Assembly (NCBI GenBank): GCA_012862495.1
Contig: BLSG01000137.1
Location: 208,586-261,162, forward strand
Length of the DNA: 52,577 nt
DNA from: Thraustochytrium aureum
Taxonomy: Eukaryota
Direction: 5' to 3'
The position numbers and the translations under genes were made by a program. A model generated the notes under the pieces. The model did no database searches. It was not told the origin of the DNA and worked only from the letters and a program-made list of their open reading frames with translations. Below are positions 45,141-52,577 of the stretch, one piece after another (position 1 is the first letter of the stretch; each line of letters starts with the position of its first letter).

Positions 45141-46405
45141 CACAGCCGCCTTCGCGGCGGCTCGCCGCCTCCGCGGTGGCTGCGATCGTCCGNNNNNNNN
45201 NNNNNNNNNNNNNNNNNNNNNNNNNNNNNNNNNNNNNNNNNNNNNNNNNNNNNNNNNNNNNNNNNNNNNNNNNNNNNNNNNNNNNNNNNNNNNNNNNNNN
45301 NNNNNNNNNNNNNNNNNNNNNNNNNNNNNNNNNNNNNNNNNNNNNNNNNNNNNNNNNNNNNNNNNNNNNNNNNNNNNNNNNNNNNNNNNNNNNNNNNNNN
45401 NNNNNNNNNNNNNNNNNNNNNNNNNNNNNNNNNNNNNNNNNNNNNNNNNNNNNNNNNNNNNNNNNNNNNNNNNNNNNNNNNNNNNNNNNNNNNNNNNNNN
45501 NNNNNNNNNNNNNNNNNNNNNNNNNNNNNNNNNNNNNNNNNNNNNNNNNNNNNNNNNNNNNNNNNNNNNNNNNNNNNNNNNNNNNNNNNNNNNNNNNNNN
45601 NNNNNNNNNNNNNNNNNNNNNNNNNNNNNNNNNNNNNNNNNNNNNNNNNNNNNNNNNNNNNNNNNNNNNNNNNNNNNNNNNNNNNNNNNNNNNNNNNNNN
45701 NNNNNNNNNNNNNNNNNNNNNNNNNNNNNNNNNNGTTGGGGAGGTGGGAGAATCGAGCTCGGCGCGCGGGCGTCGAGACCAGACACGCTGTGGGGCTCCG
45801 TGCGGCTTGGGCTTGCGGTGGTCGGCAGTGCCTTCCATGCTGAGTTGATCGGGCGGCGCGGCGTCCGCGCACATGTGCGTCCAGGCCGAGGTGTCGGACT
45901 TGGGCCCCCACGCCGCTCACGGCTCTTGGATGTCGGGGAATCGAGCCCTCACCCTCCAGCTCGCTTCTCCCTCGTGAGCCTGAGAGAGAGCTAGAGCTCT
46001 CCAGGTCTTCGCCAGACGCAGAGACAGCGCGATCGGGCCCGGTCCGCGCCCTTGCCCCGAGCCAAGTAGCCTCCCCTGCAGATCGTGGGCACGCACCGCC
46101 TTGGCAGCAGACTCGACAGCATCCATCCCCATGGCGCCAGCGCACCTCGCCGTCCCCCGCGCTCCTTGGGCGCAGCAACGCGTCCGCCGCGTCCGCCGCG
46201 AGCGGCAGCGAAGCCTGGCGGCGGCGCCGAGTTGTCGAGACTTCGCGAAGGCGGGACAGGGCTGGAGGTCATCCATCCATTCAAGTACCACTCGCGGTCG
46301 CACGAGGACGGAGGTCTTGCGCGTCCAGATCCTGAACGCCGAGCGAGCGCGCTTGCCGGAGCGGCAGCGGGGAGGAGGAGGAGAAGGAGCAGGGCTCTGG
46401 GCGAT

Positions 46406-48594
46406 ATGGCGGCGTTCGCTGGCGGGTCTGGCGAAGTGCTGACGCTGCAGTTTGGCGCGGCGAGCAACCACGTCGGGGCGCACTTTTGGAACACCCAGGA
46501 CGAGCTGCTGCATACAGACCGAGAAGAAGACGACGGGGCAACGCATGGACAGCGGCAAGGGCTTGATGAAGAAGAGTACAGCGATAGCGCTGTCGCGGTG
46601 CAGCGCGAACTCCGCCCTGAAATGCTGTTCAAGGTGGGCCAGGCAGGCGCTGTGCCGCGGGCGGTCGTGGTGGACTTTCAGCACTGCGTCGGCTCGCTGC
46701 GGCCCACAGGAGCTCTTATGGACAGCAGGCCCGGGGCAGTCTTTGCATTGAGCGACGCGCAGCTTGTCGAGCAGGCGCGGAGCCTCTGGAGCGGCAACGT
46801 GGAAGTGCACCGCGAACCGGAAGCGCACAAGAGCGACTTTGTCAAGTGGCTCGAAGAGCAGGCGTACGGCGTCGAGCAGTCCGCGCTTGGAGCTGGGGGC
46901 GAGCCGTGGAACGCCAAGGCTGGCGGTGAAGGCGCCGACGCAAGCGACGACCGGGAAGAGGACGCACTTGAGCGGGGCGACGCACCCAAGCAGGGCGATG
47001 GGGAAGTCGCAGACGAGGACGACATCTACTGGACCCACCGTGTCAAGGAAGGCGACGTGCGCACGTGGGGAGATTTTTTCAAAGCCGAGCTGCACCCGCG
47101 ATCGGTCAACCTCTTGCACCGGTACGGCGACATGGACCTCGCCTCGTTCACATCTGGGGTTGAGGTGGCCGGCCCGCACAGCGCCGCCATGGAAGAGATC
47201 ATGGACTCGATCCGCTTCTTTTTGGAGGAGTGTGACCGTCTGCAGGGCGTACACTGCATCGTCGACGTAAACGGGGGCCTCGGCGCCGTTGCGCAGTCTG
47301 TGCTGCGAGACTTTCGCGACGACGTCAAGAGCTGCCCGCAAATTGTCTTTGGCACAGTAGGCCCTGCGCCGGAGGCCAAGTCGAAGGGCAAGCAGGACCT
47401 CTTCCTTAGCAGGCGTGACATGAACGAGGCCCTTGCGATGAGCTCGTTCACTGAGGACGGCGCTCTCTATGTCCCGATGCTCTTGTACGGTCTGCGCGGT
47501 GTGGAGGCCTGCCCCTACATCTCCCAGGACCGCTTTCGAGCGGACTCCATCTACCATACGTCATTCCTCGGCGCCGCGGCGATCGACTGCCTGTCGCTTC
47601 CCTACCGGCGCTCCAAGCCGACCCATGGGCCTGGGAGCGCGGTCTCCATGGGCGAGCTTGTGGGCCGGCTCTCCCCGCGCGACGATGTGCGCCTGGCCAG
47701 CCTGTCGATGAGCCTCCCTTTTCCATTCCCTGATGCAACCCGGCCGAGCTCGCGACGCTGTTCCAGAGTTACGCTGCCCCAGCAGCGATCAAGCGCAGCA
47801 CAGCGCTCGCTCTCTCGACGGTGCGCGAGTGGGTTCCAAGAGACGGGCTCGCAGAGCACACAACGTTCGGGTCTTCGCTCGTTTTGCGGGGGGTGACGGG
47901 TCGCTCGGGCGGAGCTCAGGAGGCCAGCCTGTTTGAGCGGGTGCTGGCAGAGTACGCGGCGCGCTCGCGGCCCACGCTCTCTCGACGCCGCTTTGCTGCG
48001 GGGTGCGNNNNNNNNNNNNNNNNNNNNNNNNNNNNNNNNNNNNNNNNNNNNNNNNNNNNNNNNNNNNNNNNNNNNNNNNNNNNNNNNNNNNNNNNNNNNN
48101 NNNNNNNNNNNNNNNNNNNNNNNNNNNNNNNNNNNNNNNNNNNNNNNNNNNNNNNNNNNNNNNNNNNNNNNNNNNNNNNNNNNNNNNNNNNNNNNNNNNN
48201 NNNNNNNNNNNNNNNNNNNNNNNNNNNNNNNNNNNCTGCGGGTCGAGCTGCTTTCCCAGTGACACTTGCGACACCGGACCTCTTCGCGAACGAGCTTTTG
48301 GGCCCGCGTGGCGAGAGCAAGCGGCGCTGCGCAGGTGAGGGCCGCGTTGCGCCACCAGTGTCATTGCCTGCGCTCTGCCAGTTGGAGACGAGCTCGCGTT
48401 CTGGCGCGGACGTCGCCCACGCGCACGAGACAGTTTCGCGCGCAACGCTGATGACCAAGTTTGACTTTAGCAAGGGCAAGGGCGGGCTGGACGCAGAGGA
48501 CTTTTCGCACCTGAGCGAGTCGCTAGCTCGCATGCGCGACGTCTACTGTAACGCGCTGGCCGACCCGCGCGAGGTCCCTAAAGACTGGCAGTAG
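46406..48594 (+). CDS. MSTO1: Misato/Dml1 tubulin-like protein (frameshift near 47740; gap)
   Basis: EVLTLQFG..SNHVGAHFWNTQD, PRAVVVD..GSL, VRTWGDF..LHPRS, IRFFLEECDRLQG, YHTS..AAAIDCLSLPYR. Confidence 0.92.
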
Positions 48595-49283
48595 CTGATG
48601 AAATGCAGCAGCACCCACCAACCTTGCGCCTTCAAGTTGTCCCAAAACTCGTGGCCAGCTACTTTCAGCGCCCACAGCAGTAAGAGCAGGGCCCTGTTCG
48701 CTCAAAGCTCGAGGGCCGCCTGGTCTTCGGGTGCCACGTTGCCTTGAGCCACAAGCCTCGCCCGTCTCGTCCTCCTCCAGCGTGCACCCTGACCGAGGAG
48801 AAGCAAGCCCACCAGCAAGCGAAAGAGGCGAGCTCTCTGCAGGCAAGCCAAAGGCCGGCGGGCGTTGCGCGAGCGCAGCCTTCGACCGCACGAGCGAAGG
48901 CAGCACGTTGATCTGCGAGTGTCCTGGTCCCCGCAGGACACAACGAGCAGCAGACCCTCATCGGCAGCAGCAGCAGCAGCGGCGGCAGCGGCAGCGGCAG
49001 CAGGCAGAGGAGGCGGAGGAGGCAGTAGCGGCGGCAGCACCAGGAGCGACAGCGCTGCCTGCCGGAGCAGGCGCGAAAAGGCGGCGGGCGGCGGTGTGGT
49101 GGTCGCCTCGTCGCCTGCGCTTTGCTCGCTCGCGCTTACTTATTTGTCGTTGCAGGTTGGCTGTTGCTCGCGGCGGAGCTGGGCGGGCGGGGTCGAGCGC
49201 GGCGCGAAGAGGTCCAAGGGAAGGCGGCGGAGGCGGAGGCGGGGGCGGGGCTGCGTTTCTGAAAAGAAACGCTCGGCGGCAGG

Positions 49284-51899
49284 ATGGGGGCCAGCGGATC
49301 GCGCGACAAGATGATTCCGGCTGAGGTGGCGTCCAAGTTCACGGCCGCCGAGCTGGACATGCTGCGCAAGTCGTTCAAGGACCTAGCGCAGCGGTCTCCA
49401 GGCAACACGATTGACAAGGAGACCTTTCTCAAGTTTTTCCCGCTGCCCGGGCTGCACGGCGAGCGGCTGTTCGAGGTGTTTGACCACAAGCACACTGGCG
49501 TCTTGGACCTGGAGGAGTTTGTGACTGGCCTTGCCGTGTCGGTGCGCGGCTCGTTCGACGAAAAGGTCAAGCTCATCTTTAACATTTACGATATCGACAA
49601 CAACCAGCACGTGAGCAAAGAGGAGCTCCGCACAATGCTCCACCAGGTCCCTCGGCAAGCCTTGTACGTGCTGAGCGCCAAGGTAGCCTCCGATGCCGTG
49701 CGCGGGCAGCTCATCGCCGAGACCGGCGCGCCGGCGCCAGGCAGTGCGGCCGCAGCAGCGGGTGCCAGCCGCACGCCGCGCCCCAAAGATGCCGCGCCGA
49801 GCAAGGTGTCAATAGAAGTGGTCAACCTGCTTGTTGAAGACGCGTTCAACTCGTTCGACCTGAACAAGGACGCAAAACTGAGTCCGAGCCAGTTTCGGCA
49901 GTGGGTCAAAAACACTCCAGAAGTGCTCGAGTTTCTCCAGTCGGTGTTCCCGCTGCACGAGACCCCGCCAGCGCCGCGCTCGCCGAGCAGTGCCGCGGAG
50001 CCGCTCTCCCCGAAGATCATATCGTCTGCGTCGTTCGCTGGCCAAACGAGCGATGAGGTGTATAGCATGACCTCTTGCCCATCTCCGCCCGCTTCGCCGC
50101 ATCGCCAGCGCTCGCGCTCGCTGCTGGACCGTGTGCAGAGAGGAGGGCGGTCCGGCTCGACGGACAGCACCGGCGGCAGCGGCCTCGGCTCTGCGCCTGG
50201 GAGCCCTCGAGCCCGGTTCTGGGCCAGGTCCCGCACCTCCTCTGCGGGCTCCGAGCTGAGTGAGAAGAGCGCCAGCAGCGCGCCAGCGGCGCAGAGCGCA
50301 GGCTCTGCGAGCGCGGCCGGAGCAGGGCTGAGCGCACCCAGCAGCGAGTCCGGAGAGCTCCCGAGGCCGCCGTCTCGGGCCTCGTGCGACAGTGGGATCA
50401 GCACGCCCGTGCGTGGGCAGGGCTCTGACGCTGCCACGGTGGCCGCGGTTGACCCAGCTGCTGTGGAGATGAGCGGTGTGCTGTACAAGGTGGGGCGGCG
50501 CACGCGGAGCTCGCTTGCGCGGTTTTTCCTGCTGCGAGGCCAAGTGCTGTACTACTACCACCCGGGCAAGATGGAGCAGCCTGCGGGGATCATCTTTCTG
50601 CAAGGTTGCTTTGTGGCGGCGTACGGTTCGGAGAGCGCAGCGACGCAAGACGCGGTCAAGTCGCTCCGGTCGCAGTTCTCGGAGGCCATAATTCGGACCA
50701 AAAAGGGCCTCACAGCAGACCAAGAGGTGTCGCGTGCCGCGTCGGGGCGGTCGCCCGTGTCGCAGCGCTTTGGGTTTGAGCTGATCACGAGCCAGGGCGG
50801 GGAGCGCGACTCGCGCGTACTGTTCGCGAAGAGCGAGGCGGAGCGACAGGCGTGGATAAGCGCCATCCGGCGAGCGAGCAACGTGGTCCCGTTTGAGAGC
50901 AAGTACCACCGGCTGGAGATGGTCGGTCGCGGCAAGTTTGCGACGGTGTTCAAGTGCGAGATGCTCGGCGAAAACGAGGGCAAGGCGGAGGCAGAGCGGC
51001 AGTACTATGCGGTCAAGGTGATTGACAAGGGCGAGCTGAACGAGGGGGAGCGGGATCTTTTGCGCACCGAGATCGCGGTGCTCAAGCTTGTCAATCACCC
51101 GAACATCATCAACATGGACGATGTGTTTGAGTCCCTCAACCACATGTACATAGTGCTCGAGTGGGTGGAGGGCGGCGAGTTGTTCGACCGAATCGTGGGG
51201 CGCGCGAGGCTGCAGGAGATCGAGGCGTTCCCGCTCGTGAAGCAGCTCGCGGAGGCGGTCTGCTACCTGCACATGCTGGGGGTGGCCCACCGGGACATCA
51301 AGCCGGAGAACATCCTGTGCAGTGGGCGGAAGGAGGACCCTGTGTGGGAGAGCACGCTCAAAATCTGCGACTTTGGCCTGAGCAAGCTCATAAGCCCTCA
51401 GGGAGTCATGCATCTCGCTTGCGGGACGCTATCCTACGTCGCCCCGGAGGTCCTCTCCAGCAAGGGTTACGGCAAGGCCGCCGACATTTGGAACATCGGC
51501 GTGATCTTGTACCTCGTGCGTCGCGGCAAGCTTCCCTTTGACGGCGAGACCAAAGACGAGGTCATCTTCAACACCATCTACAGCGAGCTCGACATTGAGC
51601 ACGACCCGATCTTCAGCAAGGCTTCGGCAGACCACGTCGACCTTTTGGAGGGCCTCCTTAACAAGGATCCTCTGGAGCGGCTCACAGCGCAGCAGGTCCT
51701 GGACCACCCGTGGATGGTCCGGATGGAGGTTGCGTGGCGAGCCATGCACCCGGACAAGCTCACATTTCTGGATGCGGGCAGCTATGCGACCATCTCCTCG
51801 CCGGCTCAGAGCGCTTCGTCGCTCGAAGACCAAACGTTGCTCGGTCAGGTGCCTTTGCCAACGAGTGCTGGTGCGGCTGTCAGCTCGGCGCAAGGGTAG
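49284..51899 (+). CDS. Ca2+-dependent kinase with EF-hands, PH domain and CAMK-group kinase domain (CDPK7-like)
   Basis: MGASGS myristoylation motif. EF-hands DHKHTGVLDLEE, DIDNNQHVSKEE, DLNKDAKLSPSQ. PH domain MSGVLYKVG..RFFLL..LYYY..ERQAWISAI. Kinase GRGKFATV, AVKVIDK, HRDIKPEN, DFG, APE. Confidence 0.92.
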   Translation: MGASGSRDKMIPAEVASKFTAAELDMLRKSFKDLAQRSPGNTIDKETFLKFFPLPGLHGERLFEVFDHKHTGVLDLEEFVTGLAVSVRGSFDEKVKLIFNIYDIDNNQHVSKEELRTMLHQVPRQALYVLSAKVASDAVRGQLIAETGAPAPGSAAAAAGASRTPRPKDAAPSKVSIEVVNLLVEDAFNSFDLNKDAKLSPSQFRQWVKNTPEVLEFLQSVFPLHETPPAPRSPSSAAEPLSPKIISSASFAGQTSDEVYSMTSCPSPPASPHRQRSRSLLDRVQRGGRSGSTDSTGGSGLGSAPGSPRARFWARSRTSSAGSELSEKSASSAPAAQSAGSASAAGAGLSAPSSESGELPRPPSRASCDSGISTPVRGQGSDAATVAAVDPAAVEMSGVLYKVGRRTRSSLARFFLLRGQVLYYYHPGKMEQPAGIIFLQGCFVAAYGSESAATQDAVKSLRSQFSEAIIRTKKGLTADQEVSRAASGRSPVSQRFGFELITSQGGERDSRVLFAKSEAERQAWISAIRRASNVVPFESKYHRLEMVGRGKFATVFKCEMLGENEGKAEAERQYYAVKVIDKGELNEGERDLLRTEIAVLKLVNHPNIINMDDVFESLNHMYIVLEWVEGGELFDRIVGRARLQEIEAFPLVKQLAEAVCYLHMLGVAHRDIKPENILCSGRKEDPVWESTLKICDFGLSKLISPQGVMHLACGTLSYVAPEVLSSKGYGKAADIWNIGVILYLVRRGKLPFDGETKDEVIFNTIYSELDIEHDPIFSKASADHVDLLEGLLNKDPLERLTAQQVLDHPWMVRMEVAWRAMHPDKLTFLDAGSYATISSPAQSASSLEDQTLLGQVPLPTSAGAAVSSAQG

Positions 51900-52577
51900 G
51901 GCGACACCGAGGCGCGCGTGTAGTATTTCGCGCGTGTATTTGTTTCTTAAAGCGAGTTGCGTTTGCGAGTTGTTGCGACGCCCGACCGAGTGGTGCTGGC
52001 CACTCGGGCAGGCAATTGTTACTGTTCCGGAAGTTGCACATTTCCAATGATCTCGAATCCTGCGCCGCTCATCAGGGGCAGCGGTGCCAAAGGCTGATCT
52101 GATCATCTGGGGCGAACTCCACGCTCCACCACCGGTCGGCGGCCACTGTCCCAGGCGAGTTGTCACGACTGACACGGCGATGTCGTCGGAGCCGCTCCGC
52201 CGACCACCAGAGTGCCCTGCTCGACGGCACTCTACGGGGGAAAAAGTCTTGGAACCGATAGTAGTACCCCGGCGCCGAGCTTGTGCTGCAGAGTTCACTG
52301 GCGTCTTGTGAGGCGTGTGGCCCAGCCAGCCAGCCGTCGTCCTGCAGCGGACGACGTCGCGGCCGTAAAAAGTACTCACTACTTAGAGTTCTACCTACCA
52401 CCTTTCACCGCGAAGTGTCTTGTACCGCACTGGCAGCTCATGCACAATCAGTACTGCACCTGCTTCGGCGGCTAACAAAGGCGGTGGGGAGCCGCCGCCA
52501 TCCACTACACCCAGACCTGGAGAGCATCAGGTCGAACTGGTGGTCTGTAGAGGATAATCGAGGAGAGCATCTTGTCA

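Noticed and set aside
3175..47745. Widespread programmed frameshifting or mass pseudogenisation
   Set aside because: Shifts go both ways, sit in homopolymers, share no motif and hit otherwise intact conserved genes, so sequencing error is the simpler explanation.
49809..51413. Long antisense ORFs (also 45917-47557, 2519-3802 and others)
   Set aside because: Shadow ORFs are expected opposite GC-rich coding sequence; they are Arg/Ala/Pro-rich with no recognisable motifs.
51900..52577. Possible mobile-element remnant at the window end (also 38415-38800)
   Set aside because: No transposase or RT motifs and no terminal repeats recognisable.

Overview
This is GC-rich, gene-dense, intron-poor eukaryotic DNA from a draft scaffold with N gaps. 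A Sig1/Ocm1-like mastigoneme EGF protein, LRRC9, katanin and a class II aldolase suggest a flagellated stramenopile, plausibly a labyrinthulomycete (inference). About 21 genes are recognisable. They include class II FBA, CUEDC2-like, Elongin A, LRRC9, katanin p60, a TylF-like methyltransferase, TPR-STI1, a tandem CREST/TMEM8-like protein, YEATS, MYB, an Na+/H+ exchanger, SUMT, a mastigoneme protein, uridine phosphorylase, a PqiA-like membrane protein, Misato and a CDPK7-like kinase. Many genes are split by 1-2 nt indels in homopolymers, probably sequencing errors. The standout is a head-to-head pair of single-pass receptors at 27.7-32.9 kb. Each has a Cys-rich ectodomain, a Pro/Thr/Ser stalk, a TM helix and a cytoplasmic TIR(-like) domain. 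One keeps the catalytic Glu motif and the other appears degenerate. This is a candidate LRR-free, Toll-like paired receptor system in a protist. All family assignments come from motif recognition by eye; no searches were run.
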